Assembly: GCA_963752255.1 (NCBI GenBank)
Contig: CAVVXT010000019.1
Coordinates: 320,001-384,000, forward strand
Source: Nitrososphaeria archaeon
GTDB taxonomy: Archaea; Thermoproteota; Nitrososphaeria; JACIWG01
Length of the DNA stretch: 64,000 nt
Direction of reading: 5' to 3'
The stretch's first letter is position 1, and the number at the start of each line of letters is the position of its first letter. Below are positions 38,887-49,855 of the stretch, piece by piece. The notes under the pieces are model-generated. The model was not told where the DNA came from, searched no databases, and saw only the letters and a program-made list of their open reading frames with translations. Made by a program: the position numbers and the translations under genes.

Positions 38887-39243
38887 CTGATTAAAGCTTC
38901 CAGAGCTAGAATATATAGGCTTATCGTCGAATATACATCAATACCTCTAATTATAGCTCTTGGCCTGACCTTTATTTCAGGCTACGGGCTGGTTAAAGTT
39001 CGACTGGTTAGTGAGCTGACGTTCGGTCTATTACAATTCCCAGAAAGCTTCTTCCTTCACACAAACCAATATGTAGTCTACTTTGTTGGCTTACTTGTAA
39101 TATTGCATTCCTTTTCAGGCGTAGGACTGCTTATAATAAGGAAGATAAGGTATAACACTCTTGAAGTCCTGCTTGAATTGATAAACATTGCGCTAGTAGG
39201 TGCTGCCCCCTTGGTGCTATTGACGGTCTTCGTATTCCTCTGA
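38887..39243 (+). CDS. Three-TM membrane protein, cytochrome b/SdhC-like with two His (not in the ORF track; CTG start or frameshifted ATG at 38877)
   Basis: 118-codon open frame ..EYTSIPLIIALGLTFISGYGL..FFLHTN..LVILHSFSGVGLL.. Confidence 0.7.
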   Translation: MIKASRARIYRLIVEYTSIPLIIALGLTFISGYGLVKVRLVSELTFGLLQFPESFFLHTNQYVVYFVGLLVILHSFSGVGLLIIRKIRYNTLEVLLELINIALVGAAPLVLLTVFVFL

Positions 39244-39558
39244 CATGTATAAAGCTAACATCTGTTTCTTAAGATTTCTTATTTCGAAAAGTAAATTTTC
39301 TCAGATGCAAATGCATTCTAGGACGACTATCTTATGGGACCGCCCCGATCAGCGATTGTCAAAAAATGGGTTGACAGCGTCAGTTCTGTTAAATGCAATT
39401 ACTGTGGCGAAATTGTTGAACCCTTGACTATGATAAATGTATTTTTAGATTCCTCCACATATCTTGACCAGTTCTTTTTCTTGCTGGTAGAATTGATAAC
39501 TGGTTCTTGTGCGAATCGACCCAAAACGCTTAAAAGAATCTTAAGTCATAATTCGAAT

Positions 39559-40296
39559 ATGGATGAAAGTAAAAGCAAGGTTAAAGAAATTACCGAAATG
39601 TCAAATGTTGAAATAATGCAGGAACTCAGGAAGTTTGACACTGCCACCATCTGCAACGTCGTTGCAACCTATCCAGAAAACGATATCTGTCTGAAACTAT
39701 ACGATGCATGGTATGGGGAATATTATACAAACCAGAGCTTGTGTTGTATATATCCTGAGCTTGGTACCCTCTGTGGGTACGCCGCAACCGCCTGGTACTC
39801 TGAATGGTCTGAAAATTATACAAAGTTTGATGATTGGGTGTTGTACGATCATGTAAATCTGACTAAGAAACCTACAATTCTTGTTACAAAACAGACGTAT
39901 CCTTCAGGACTTGTAGGTGGTGGCCTTTTCGGAGGCAACTTTACGACCCAACTGAAATTTTTGGGTGTTGTCGGCGTTTTGACCGATGGGCCGATGAGGG
40001 ACTACGAAGAGATTAAACCTATGAAATTCCAGTACTTGGCATCCGGGCTTACTTCGGGGCATGGCCCTTGGAGTTTGAGGGGGGTGAATATACCGGTTAC
40101 GGTTGCGGGTATGTCCGTCCAGCCAGGCGACATCATACACATGGACGTCTGCGGAGCGGCCAAGTTTCCGGAAAGGTACTTACCGAAAGTTTTAAAATAT
40201 GCAAGGGAACTGAGGAAACATGAAATCAAGCATCAAAGCAGATTTCACGATCTGGACTTCACGTACGAAAAATGGAAGAGTAGTGGCAAGCAGTAA
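39559..40296 (+). CDS. RraA/HMG-aldolase family protein
   Basis: LRKFDTATICN, FGGNF, GVLTDGPMRD, VQPGDIIHMD; ATG at 39559 preferred over the track start 39334. Confidence 0.85.
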   Translation: MDESKSKVKEITEMSNVEIMQELRKFDTATICNVVATYPENDICLKLYDAWYGEYYTNQSLCCIYPELGTLCGYAATAWYSEWSENYTKFDDWVLYDHVNLTKKPTILVTKQTYPSGLVGGGLFGGNFTTQLKFLGVVGVLTDGPMRDYEEIKPMKFQYLASGLTSGHGPWSLRGVNIPVTVAGMSVQPGDIIHMDVCGAAKFPERYLPKVLKYARELRKHEIKHQSRFHDLDFTYEKWKSSGKQ

Positions 40297-40393
40297 TACA
40301 AACAAGTAAAAAAAAGATTATATTATCAGGCTAACAAACCACAAGAACTTTTTAACTTATAAGCATAACCACTGAAGCCTTCAAACCGTCGAT

Positions 40394-41485
40394 TCATATG
40401 GCTGTGAAACCCTTTACGGTTTTCATATCTAACCTTTTTATAAGTTCGGTGACAAGTTTCACCGCATTTTCAACATCTTCTAGGCTGAACAGGCCTACGT
40501 GGCTGTGGATGTGCCTTGTTGGAGCACAGATGACAACACTTGGACAGCCAATCCTGTTTAGATGAATTCTGCCGGCGTCTGTGCCTCCTCTGTCTATTTT
40601 CGAAAGCTGAAGAGCAATCCCCATCTCTTTGGCTGTCTTTATGACAAATTCCTTTAAGGGTTGATTGGGAACCATGCTGCCATCATAAGTAATGAGGCTA
40701 GGGCCTCTGCCCATCTTCGCTGGCGCTTCGAAGGGCTTTACATCTGGCACGTCACCTGCTATATCCACTTCGAATACCAATGCTACATCCGGGTCCACTA
40801 GGTTGGCAACCGTTTGAGCACCTCTAAGTCCAACTTCTTCCTGAACGGTCGCTGCACCATAGATCGAGTTTGGATGAAATATTGCGTTCTCTTTGATCCT
40901 GCGAATTGTTTCCATCATTATGAAGGCACCTACCCTGTCATCAAAAGCTTTTCCCATAGCTACTTTTTTGTCACGAATTAATGAGAAGGGTGATAGGGGT
41001 ACAACCGGATCGCCGATTTTAACTCCTGCTTCAGCGGCCTCTTTTCCCGACGTAGCGCCTATGTCGATGAACATCTTCTTTTTTTCAACAACCTTCAGAC
41101 GTTCTTCTTCGGTTAAAAGATGTGGTGGCTTCGCAGATATGACGCCATTTAGATCTCCTCTTTCAGTTCTCAAAATAACTCTTTGAGACAGCAGGACTTG
41201 ATCCCACCATCCGCCTAGAGGGTCAAAGGATAGAAAACCGGTTCTCGCGTCTATGCCCGCGACGACAAAACCCACTTCATCAACGTGCCCTGCCAACAGC
41301 ACATGCGGTCTATCAACTTCACCTTTAGCCAGAAAAACAACGGAACCCAGCTTATCTGATAAAACCTCATCAGAGTAAGCCAGCATGTATTCCTTGATAA
41401 TATGTGTTGTCTCTTTTTCAAACCCGGACGGACCGAAAGATTCAGTCATTTTCTTCAGTATATCAATCGCTTTATCGTCGAACAA
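40394..41485 (-). CDS. M42-family aminopeptidase (TET-like)
   Basis: GPSGFE, GHVDEVG, KAFDDR, QEEVGLRG, GGTDAG, RHIHSH. Confidence 0.95.
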   Translation of the reverse strand: MFDDKAIDILKKMTESFGPSGFEKETTHIIKEYMLAYSDEVLSDKLGSVVFLAKGEVDRPHVLLAGHVDEVGFVVAGIDARTGFLSFDPLGGWWDQVLLSQRVILRTERGDLNGVISAKPPHLLTEEERLKVVEKKKMFIDIGATSGKEAAEAGVKIGDPVVPLSPFSLIRDKKVAMGKAFDDRVGAFIMMETIRRIKENAIFHPNSIYGAATVQEEVGLRGAQTVANLVDPDVALVFEVDIAGDVPDVKPFEAPAKMGRGPSLITYDGSMVPNQPLKEFVIKTAKEMGIALQLSKIDRGGTDAGRIHLNRIGCPSVVICAPTRHIHSHVGLFSLEDVENAVKLVTELIKRLDMKTVKGFTAI

Positions 41486-41657
41486 TATGCACCAACCACC
41501 TTAAGGGTATCTGTTGAAAAACTCTTAAATCTTCTCCAAGGCATTAAGATAAACTAAAATTCTCAGATAATTAGACTATGAATATTTTTGAGGCTCATCA
41601 TACCTCAGTTGAGCCTCCTCTTTGAATATCTAAATCATACAAAGCGATACATTTATT

Positions 41658-41677
41658 AATATATCATTAGATATATT
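41658..41677. promoter_or_regulatory. Perfect 8-4-8 inverted repeat, probable PadR autoregulatory operator
   Basis: AATATATC-ATTA-GATATATT directly after the TATA-like TTTATTAA, 12 nt before the PadR ATG. Confidence 0.55.
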
Positions 41678-41689
41678 GAACGATATAAA

Positions 41690-42202
41690 ATGTGCGGATT
41701 TAGATACGGATGTTCAGACGATACGAGAGGTTTCGGAGGAAGACACATGCACTGGAAGGGGGCGTTCGGGGTTAGGAGAGGCGATTTCCGTTTCCTCGTC
41801 TTGATGGCTCTATCAGAAAAGCCGATGCACGGATACGCCCTTATTCAAGAGATAGGCAGGGAACATCAAAGACCTGTAAGCGCAGGGCTGGTCTATCCTA
41901 CACTTCAGGAGCTTGAGGATTTGGGATATATTGTCTCTGAAGAAAGGGAAGGAAAGAAGATCTATTCGTTGACTTCCGAAGGCAAGAAGTACCTTGAAGA
42001 TAAGAAGGATGTAGTTGAAAGGATTAGGGCTGGGAAGGAGTACACCGAAAGGATGGGCATATTCGGCTTCGTGAAAGACGTCAGGGACATCCAATCGATG
42101 ATCTTCCAAAATGAAGAATACGTTGACGAAGAAAAGATGAACAAGATACATGAAATTCTGGCGGAAGCAAAGAAGAAGGTCGCGTCTGTAATCTTTGAAT
42201 AG
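41690..42202 (+). CDS. PadR-family transcriptional regulator
   Basis: PMHGYALIQ, SAGLVYPTLQELE, KKIYSLTSEG. Confidence 0.93.
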   Translation: MCGFRYGCSDDTRGFGGRHMHWKGAFGVRRGDFRFLVLMALSEKPMHGYALIQEIGREHQRPVSAGLVYPTLQELEDLGYIVSEEREGKKIYSLTSEGKKYLEDKKDVVERIRAGKEYTERMGIFGFVKDVRDIQSMIFQNEEYVDEEKMNKIHEILAEAKKKVASVIFE

Positions 42203-42270
42203 GTGAATGTCTCATAGACAGCAAGAAAGAAGGGATCAATTTTCGAATATGATCGAAGTTCATCAGAAAC

Positions 42271-44686
42271 CTATTGCTTCAACCAAAACTTCTTTATCAA
42301 AGGCACCTTGATGAAATCATTTACTAAGAAGGCTGCGATAAAAGAAAACGCTGGAACCGTCAGAGCGATGATGGGAACTATAGGAGTCACTCCGGGTAAT
42401 CCGAAAATAGCGATGAGGAAGACAAACAGTAGGTCACCTAAAATTATTATTAGCAAAGGATTACTGGGTCTCGAATCCCAGAAATGTTTGCGTTCCCTAA
42501 CTATCAACAAGTCAAATAATTCCACGTAAATCAGCAGTTCGAACGAAAAAGTCTGCAATTGATTGATATTGTTGCCGAGCCCAAAGTAATTAAGGCCTAT
42601 TCCGAGTATGATCAGTAGCTCAGCTACGGCTGCGACCCCAAGGCAAACAGCCACTTTGATGAGACCTGTTATATTCCAGCTGTCAGGTTTTTCAGAATAA
42701 CGTACGTTGTCTGTTGATAGGGACAGTGTAACGAAATCCGTTAAAAATATTAGCAGGATCATGTGAAGTGCGGATATTATGTATGTTCCTGTCAGAAGAA
42801 ATGCGATAACTACTAAAATGGTTATCTGGAATGTTTTAACCACTTTATTGAGAATCCAAGTTATGATCCTCTGATATATTATCCTACCACTTTTAATTAA
42901 ATCCAGTATATTCACTAACCCTTCTGTTGTAAGGACAACGCTGGCAGCGTTCTTAGCCACATCCGTGGCGTTACTGACAGCTATACCCACTTCAGCTTGT
43001 TTCAATGCAGGGGCATCGTTTATACCATCACCCGTCATTCCAACAATGTGCCCTCCTCTCTGAAGGCCTTTAACTATAGAGTATTTGTCCTCAGGATAGA
43101 TCTCTGCGAATCCACTATTATCTTCCAAGGTCTTGATGAGCTCGCTCTCTGGAAGCCCCTTCATATCTGAGAACCTCACAATGTTCTGGTTTAAGCCGAC
43201 CTGCTCTGCAACTTCTTTGGCTACCGGTAAAGCGTCGCCTGTCAACATCTTCACTGAAACGCCAACTTCTTTAAGTTCGCTTATGAGCTCTTTCGAATCT
43301 GGCCTGGGCTTATCGTATAACGCAGTTAAACCCACTAGTTTAATGCTGTCTTCCGTTTCACCTTCGGCGACAGCCGTCACTCTATAGCCCTTTTTTGATA
43401 ATCGCTCAACTTCCATCCCCATCTGATTTAATTCTTCTTTGCCAATCTTGCATAAAGCGAATATGGTTTCAACCGCTCCTTTAAACACATAAAATAGCTT
43501 CCCTTCTATGGAGATGATAGCTTCGGTCCTCCTAGTCGAAGGGTCAAAGGGGACGAACTTCTCCTGCAAATAACTCCTAAATTGAAACCTGATATTATCC
43601 CCTGCTGACAGGAAAGCAAGGTCGATAGAGTCCTGGTTCGCCTCATTAGATGCTAAAGCGCCGAACAATATTACATCATCATTTTTGTACCCCTTTGCGG
43701 GCACAGTCTCCGCCACCTGAAGTTTGTTCATGGTAATTGTTCCGGTCTTATCGACGCATATCACATCCGTCGTTGCAGCGTCCTCACTTGCACTAAGCCT
43801 TGTAATCAGTATCCCTTTCTTCATCATGTCCAAGGACCCAAGCGCCATGGTAAGCGTAAACATCGTAGGCAGAGAAACAGGTATTGCCGAAATCAAAAGA
43901 ACGACCGCTAAAGGAAGTATCTCCAGTATATCCATCCCCCTTAAGATAGAGACAACTATGCTAATTGAGAGAAATGATCCCACAATCGCGATCAACCACT
44001 TTACGACCTTAGAAGTCACCACTTTAATGTGCAACTCGGGTTTCGCGAATTGGACTAACTCCACGGTTCTTCCAAAATACGTTTTTACACCAGTTGAAAC
44101 AACAATACCGGATATTTCTCCTCTTCTAAGGATTGAACCACCATACAATACGTCATCGACCTTTTTTTCAATTGCTTGCGACTCTCCGGTCAGAGATGAC
44201 TGATCAACTTCAGCACTTCCGTCTAATACCTTGGTGTCTGCTGGGACAAGATCACCTGCCCTAATCCTGATGATATCTCCAGATACTAAGTTCCCTAGCG
44301 GAAACCGAGGTCCAGACGCCGTTACGTTTTACTTTTGCATTAACTTTTAGCCTTTGCTTAAGAAGTTCCAGTGCGGAGTTAGCTCTTTCCTCTTCTATAA
44401 AGCCTAGAACAGCATTAAAGACTAAAAGCCCAGTAATTATGTATATCTCAAAATATTTTTCTAAAAAGAATTCGAGTATTATGGTTACTTCAAGCATCCA
44501 TGGGGTTACGCCCCAAAACCTCTTTACAAATTGATAAAAAGGGCTAACTTTCTTCTCTGGAACTTCGTTGAATCCGAACTCCTTTAATCTTTTCTGAACT
44601 TCATCAGAACTTAAGCCTTTTTCCATCTCAAAGTCAAACTTGTTTCCATTTGACCCTTTTATTGACGAACTCCTTTTTATGACCAT
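42271..44686 (-). CDS. P-type IIIA proton-efflux ATPase, frameshift ~44285
   Basis: GLSSDEV..FGFNE, DQSSLTGES (intervening frame), IPVSLP, DKTGT, FVPFDP, TGDGINDAPAL, TM6 LTDF. Confidence 0.92.
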
Positions 44687-44765
44687 TTCTTACCACTTTT
44701 CCTCATACCATTGTATTGTGGAAATTGGCAAAGCTTTCTAAGATGTTCGAACCTGTAAAGAACCT

Positions 44766-45068
44766 TTATAGCTCCAAGTGAACTTGAACCACCCGGTCGT
44801 ATTGTTTTCCGGCTTTCGTCACACTAAACTCTATTAGAAATATTGCCTTGCGCACCTGAACAAACTTATGGGAAGCTAGGCGTTTCTGCCTCGTATCCAC
44901 TCCCCGATAAGTCACCGAAATTCCCTCCTTGGCCTCAACTTTCGACTTTAAAGCTGCGACACATAGACCGTAGAGTGTCCCTTTTGGAAAGCCTGACTTT
45001 CCGTCAAGAAACTCAAGATAATCCTTCGATGTCAGATGGGCCTTCCTTGCTCCAGAACGGTAACCCAT
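44766..45068 (-). CDS. Hypothetical protein, possibly a fragment
   Basis: 100-aa ORF, no motif recognised. Confidence 0.35.
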   Translation of the reverse strand: MGYRSGARKAHLTSKDYLEFLDGKSGFPKGTLYGLCVAALKSKVEAKEGISVTYRGVDTRQKRLASHKFVQVRKAIFLIEFSVTKAGKQYDRVVQVHLEL

Positions 45069-45208
45069 ATCCCCTTAGTATACATTCCAGTGCTTTTCAG
45101 CTTTGCCCTTCCCTCCTAGGCAAATTTGTTTTTGTGTCCTTTGGGACCTTCGATTATATATTTCGCATGCGGGTAAAAGTTAAGAAATACAGATGAGGGT
45201 AGGTTGAT

Positions 45209-46243
45209 ATGCCTAACTTATTTTCTTTCCAAGAACTGAAAAGATTTGGAATTGATATTTTCCAAAAAATAGGTTTTTCTGATGAGAATGCAGAACTGAT
45301 CGCAAGTAGCTTAGTGCTTGCAAACCTTAGGGGCGTAGATTCTCATGGTGTTGTTAGAATCTCCTACTATGCCGATGCAGTAGAAAAAAGTCAGATAAAC
45401 CCAAAACCGAATGTTAAAGTGGTAAAGGAAACCGACACCTTTGCCCTTATCGATGGCGACAAAACGTTGGGCTACATACCTGCCAATCTTGCAACTAACA
45501 TGGCGATTTCAAAGGCTAAGGAACATGATTTCGGTCTTGTGGGAGTGAAAAATCTGAGACATTCGGGTATGCTAGCGAAGTATACTATGCAGGTTGTTGA
45601 CCAGAAACTTTTTGGATTGGCTATTGCGAATGCTTCACCTAATGTAGCCCTTCAGGGATTTAAGAAGCCAGTTGTAGGCACAAACCCCCTTTCTATAGGT
45701 TTCCCAGTAGAAAACTCAACTCCGATAATCTTAGATATGGCTATGAGTGTCGTAGCCAGAGGTAAAGTTCTGATAGCTTCTAAGAAAGGAGGACAGATAC
45801 CAAAAGGTTGGGCAATAAACGAGAAAGGGGAGGAGACAACAGATGCTGAGGAGGCGATAAAAGGGATGATGTTACCAATAGGTGGCTATAAAGGATTTGG
45901 TCTCGCCCTCATCATTGATATATTATGTGGTATAGTTATCGGCGGTGGCTATGGTTTGAAGATTGAAAGATCATGGTTTTCACAAGGAGGATTCATCATA
46001 ATGGCTTCAAGACTAGATCTCGCCAGAACCTATAAAGAATACCAAAATGAGATTAAAGAATATATCAAACAGATTAAAGCTACACCAGTATCTGGAGGAA
46101 TAAGAGTACTCTTTCCAAATGAGATAGAACAAGAACTTACTAACAGGAGAAAAAAGGAGGGAATTCCAGTAGAAGATGATGTGTACTCCGATTTCCTTAA
46201 ACTGGCAGCCAAATATAACGTTAAACCACCAAAAAAGCTCTAA
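45209..46243 (+). CDS. Ldh_2-family (malate/L-lactate/L-sulfolactate) dehydrogenase
   Basis: ANLRGVDSHG, GTNPLS, LDMAMS, LPIGGYKGFGL. Confidence 0.92.
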   Translation: MPNLFSFQELKRFGIDIFQKIGFSDENAELIASSLVLANLRGVDSHGVVRISYYADAVEKSQINPKPNVKVVKETDTFALIDGDKTLGYIPANLATNMAISKAKEHDFGLVGVKNLRHSGMLAKYTMQVVDQKLFGLAIANASPNVALQGFKKPVVGTNPLSIGFPVENSTPIILDMAMSVVARGKVLIASKKGGQIPKGWAINEKGEETTDAEEAIKGMMLPIGGYKGFGLALIIDILCGIVIGGGYGLKIERSWFSQGGFIIMASRLDLARTYKEYQNEIKEYIKQIKATPVSGGIRVLFPNEIEQELTNRRKKEGIPVEDDVYSDFLKLAAKYNVKPPKKL

Positions 46244-46541
46244 AAGTAACACGTGAAAAATTTATCCCAAGTTAACATTTAGAGAATCGACTCTAAGATA
46301 TTTATCATCAATTAATGAAGATTATTAACATGGAAAATAGAGTGCTTTTCATAAAAATTTGTTATTACATTGGTGTGTTTGCTGATTTGGAAGCTACTAT
46401 ACCATTGATTTTTCCAGAAGTCATCAAATACGTTTCCGGAGATAGTGCAGAATCCCGTTATACTCTAATCGTCAGAAAACGTCTAACAGCACTAAACTTC
46501 TAGGAAAAGATATATCTCTGCAAAATAACTATATATAAAAT

Positions 46542-47018
46542 ATGGATAAGATGAAGGTCCTTTTCTTATGCGCCCATAACTCAGCTCGATCCCAGATGGC
46601 TGAAGGATTTCTTAAGCACTTCTACGGTGAAAGGTATGAAGCCTTCAGCGCAGGCTCAAAACCGACACATGTCCATCCTCTTGCCATAAAGGTGATGGCC
46701 GAAGTTGGAATAGACATTTCGAAGCACACGTCCAAGAGCATCGAAGAGTTCCGGAACAAGGACGTCGATTTAGTTGTAACTGTGTGCCGTAGCAGTGCAA
46801 AGGAGATCTGTCCGTTTTGCTCTTCACCAATACTTGGACGTAGACCGGAGATAATAACCGAGACCGTGCCAAGCGCTCGAAAGTATATAGAACGCGGTTT
46901 CAGCGACCCTTCTGAAGTTGATGGAAGTGATGATGAAAGGACTGAAGCCTTCAGACGTGTGAGGGATGAAATAGCCAGTTGGATTAAAGATGCTTTTACG
47001 GACCTCCGGGATCTTTAA
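46542..47018 (+). CDS. arsC: Arsenate reductase, LMW-PTP family
   Basis: FLCAHNSARSQMAEG, SAGS, VTVC..CP, DP, FRRVRDEI. Confidence 0.9.
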   Translation: MDKMKVLFLCAHNSARSQMAEGFLKHFYGERYEAFSAGSKPTHVHPLAIKVMAEVGIDISKHTSKSIEEFRNKDVDLVVTVCRSSAKEICPFCSSPILGRRPEIITETVPSARKYIERGFSDPSEVDGSDDERTEAFRRVRDEIASWIKDAFTDLRDL

Positions 47019-47106
47019 ATGCCTGCATCAGATCTTATTTGGTGTCCGCGATTCATCTCAGAACTGGTATGCAAACACACTGAATTACTCACTTATACTA
47101 TTGATG

Positions 47107-47595
47107 CTAACACACTGAACACTGTTTCTTTGCCTCGTGGCATGTAAGGCTTCCTTCTTTTTTCTCAAACGCTAGAACTTTTCTTAACGTTCTTGTAACT
47201 TCATATAATGAGACCACAAGTCCGACAAAGATCACTGCCAAAGAGAAGGCGTAGGTGGACGTTATTTCAGGTGGTCTCAGGTATGTCAGCAGGATCAGGA
47301 ATGCCAGTAAGAAAAATATGGCGTACGTGGTCTGTAAGGGTATAAGTGTCCTTCTCACCCTGATCACGTTTTCGAACATCACCCTGTCTACGACGTAGCC
47401 TTCATCCTGTTGCTTGATGAGGCCCGCGTTAAGGAGCTTGTTAATATGGTATGATGCGAGTGAGGATGTGCTAAATCCTAGGCCCCTTTGCAAGTCATGG
47501 ACGCCCACAGGCCTTCCCTCCCTGAACATAAAGCGATAGACCTTGAGAGTGGTACCCTTCAATACATCTGCTTCAGCTTTTTCCGGTGTACTCAA
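47107..47595 (-). CDS. Winged-HTH regulator with two C-terminal TM helices
   Basis: LKGTTLKVY..GVHDLQRGLGFSTSSLASYHINKL, then two hydrophobic helices. Confidence 0.85.
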   Translation of the reverse strand: MSTPEKAEADVLKGTTLKVYRFMFREGRPVGVHDLQRGLGFSTSSLASYHINKLLNAGLIKQQDEGYVVDRVMFENVIRVRRTLIPLQTTYAIFFLLAFLILLTYLRPPEITSTYAFSLAVIFVGLVVSLYEVTRTLRKVLAFEKKEGSLTCHEAKKQCSVC

Positions 47596-47643
47596 AGTCT
47601 TTCCAACTCTGATGATACAGCATTCAATTTAAGCCTTACTCCA

Positions 47644-47687
47644 TTCTAAAATTAGAACGTAGTCTTCCATTATCAATCTAAAATTAG
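47644..47687. promoter_or_regulatory. Two TCTAAAATTAG sites in the divergent promoter between the wHTH-TM gene and the secreted-protein gene
   Basis: TTCTAAAATTAGAA (47644-47657, palindromic) and TCTAAAATTAG (47677-47687). Confidence 0.55.
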
Positions 47688-47730
47688 CACTATATCCATG
47701 CTATCCATTACCTAAAGTCATAGAAAAGGC

Positions 47731-48420
47731 ATGTCAGAATATAAGAAGCAGATCGCTGCAGGAGCTTTGACGGCTGTCGTGATAGTGTTAATTTTGGCAG
47801 GTGGAGCAAGCTATCTTTTCCCATTGCAGCCCACGCAGACGACCTCCACAGCACTTAACACGCGTCTACCCTCTACCTCTACAGCTGCAGTCATATTTTC
47901 TACCACTATGGCTACAGGCACCGCTAATTACAAGCGGCTCTGCGCCTCAGACAACAACCACATTCACGACCTCTACTATTACAGGCGGCACTACGACAAC
48001 GACATATTTACCTCCGACCATGACTCTACCCACTAATGGCACTACGGTAATATCTACATCCGTACCTCCGACATATACGATAACTCCTCCTATCACCACG
48101 GTGACTACGACAATTGGACCGATTGTAACTGTAACCGTGACCCAAAACCTCATAAAAGATATTGAGATAACATACGTGAACTTCAACGCCAGCATCCCAA
48201 CTCAGGTGATATTTTAGGTGTCAAGAACGCCGGCACCACGGACCAGATCGTCAGAGAGGTACTCGTAAACGGAATACCGTTATTAAGCGTGAACGGAGGT
48301 ACATCAAACCCAAGCCTGCCCATTACAGTAGCAGCAGGTGAATCACAGGACATAACCCTAACCTTCAGCTCGCCACTGCAATCAGGAACATACTTCATAA
48401 CAATTCTCACAGGTGATTGA
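47731..48420 (+). CDS. Membrane-anchored Thr/Ser/Pro-rich surface protein with C-terminal Ig-like domain, two apparent frameshifts
   Basis: N-terminal TM, long Thr tracts across ORFs 47731 and 47801, final frame ILGVKNAGT..VNGGTSNPSLP..LTFSSPLQSG. Confidence 0.7.
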
Positions 48421-49345
48421 TACGCATCAGAGTCTATTGGAAGAAGCCTTGACGAAGGCTCAGGTTGTTTTGTTATTGGCCATACTTTTGGTTGGAGCAG
48501 TCGGCGCCTACTATGTTGCAAAGGAAGAACTGCCAAAGAATAGTAACCCTTTAACCCCTCCTCCGACCTCGAGCACATCAACGTCCGCTCCGGTAGACAC
48601 AGGCCCTCTAACCGTAGTTTCAGTTAGTCTTCTTCAGCCCTATTACCCGGGCGGACCGACAGTTGAAGTCATCCTGCAAAATAAAGCAACCAACCCAGTG
48701 GTTAGCCTCCAAACGGTATTGCCCTTATCGGGGCGCAACTACACGTACGTTTTCGATGACGTTTCTTCAAGCAATCCGCTGTTGCCCAATCAGGACGCAT
48801 CTCAGACAGCCACTCTGATCGGCGCCGGATTTGAAACAAATGAAATGTACCCGATGGAGATCCGAGGCACTCTGCAAAACGGATCCTTGTTCGATTTTGT
48901 CACTCCTGTGACAATAGTCCAATACTCCAATCAGCCCGTGGCGTCCGGAGGAAAGGGCAATCTCCAACTTACCATGGTCCTCGGAAAAACCGTGTACAGT
49001 TTAGGCGAACCTGTTGACCTAATTTTGACCATCACCAACATCAGCAATCAGACAATAAACTTCATGCACTCAGGATTGGATTTTGATTTTCAAGTTTACA
49101 ACTGCACAAACAATGTCGTGTACCAGTGGTCAAATTTCAGAGGCATCGCTCAATTCATAGCCATCGTGCCGCTTCACGCCGGAGAGAGCAGGTCGGCCAA
49201 CTTCACTTGGCTGCAGACATGCAATTTCAACGCCTCAGTTGAAGGAGACCCAGTCTCGCCGGGAACCTACAACATAATTGGCCAAACTGGTCCAGTGTAC
49301 GGTTTACAGACGACGCCGATACAACTCACAATCGTCAAACCTTAG
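48413..49345 (+). CDS. Membrane-anchored secreted protein with BsuPI-like (proteinase-inhibitor-like) Ig domain
   Basis: N-terminal TM; KTVYSLGEPV..ITNIS..FDFQVY..VYQWS..FTW..PGTY. Confidence 0.75.
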   Translation: MIDTHQSLLEEALTKAQVVLLLAILLVGAVGAYYVAKEELPKNSNPLTPPPTSSTSTSAPVDTGPLTVVSVSLLQPYYPGGPTVEVILQNKATNPVVSLQTVLPLSGRNYTYVFDDVSSSNPLLPNQDASQTATLIGAGFETNEMYPMEIRGTLQNGSLFDFVTPVTIVQYSNQPVASGGKGNLQLTMVLGKTVYSLGEPVDLILTITNISNQTINFMHSGLDFDFQVYNCTNNVVYQWSNFRGIAQFIAIVPLHAGESRSANFTWLQTCNFNASVEGDPVSPGTYNIIGQTGPVYGLQTTPIQLTIVKP

Positions 49346-49382
49346 TTCATGCAAAGGAAAATAGACGATAAGATTCAATTTA

Positions 49383-49640
49383 TTGGAAGGATGGACAATA
49401 GATGTCGCAGGTATCATAAAGAACAATAAAAGTCCAAAGATTGTTTCAGTTGAAGCAAAATTGTCGATAGATGCCCAGGCATTCTTATCAGCTGTCTCTC
49501 AAGCTGATATGTATCAAGAAGTATCTACAATTTTTTATTTAGCTTTCCCTATAAATGCGATAAATTCATTTGTAATTGAAAATATAAAGCGGACCAAAAA
49601 CTTACAAACTCAGCTGCAAGAAGATATAAAAACCGGATAA
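49383..49640 (+). pseudogene. PD-(D/E)xK nuclease fragment
   Basis: IDVAG..VSVEAK..AVSQADMY motif; truncated, AT-rich. Confidence 0.55.
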
Positions 49641-49855
49641 TGCGCCATTTGAACCTAAGGTTCTTCAATTGACAGTCTATCTAAGATCGTATTTAAGACA
49701 GAAAGTTATTAATTTTTTGGGCGTATTCCAGAAAATGATGTCACAACATTAATCTTGAGTGCAAGGTTTGTTGCTCATAGATACCTGCGTCAGATTGAAT
49801 ACCGATATCCCTGAGAACTGAGATGTTGGGACTTATTCTGCTTTCCCCCCATCAA

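Noticed and set aside
39334-39558. N-terminal extension of the RraA ORF containing CNYC
   Set aside because: RraA similarity begins after the ATG at 39559, which has its own upstream TATA-like element; the extension looks like read-through of an unrelated remnant
46315-46503. 62-aa ORF upstream of arsC
   Set aside because: Looks like a truncated membrane-protein start; cannot be supported as a gene
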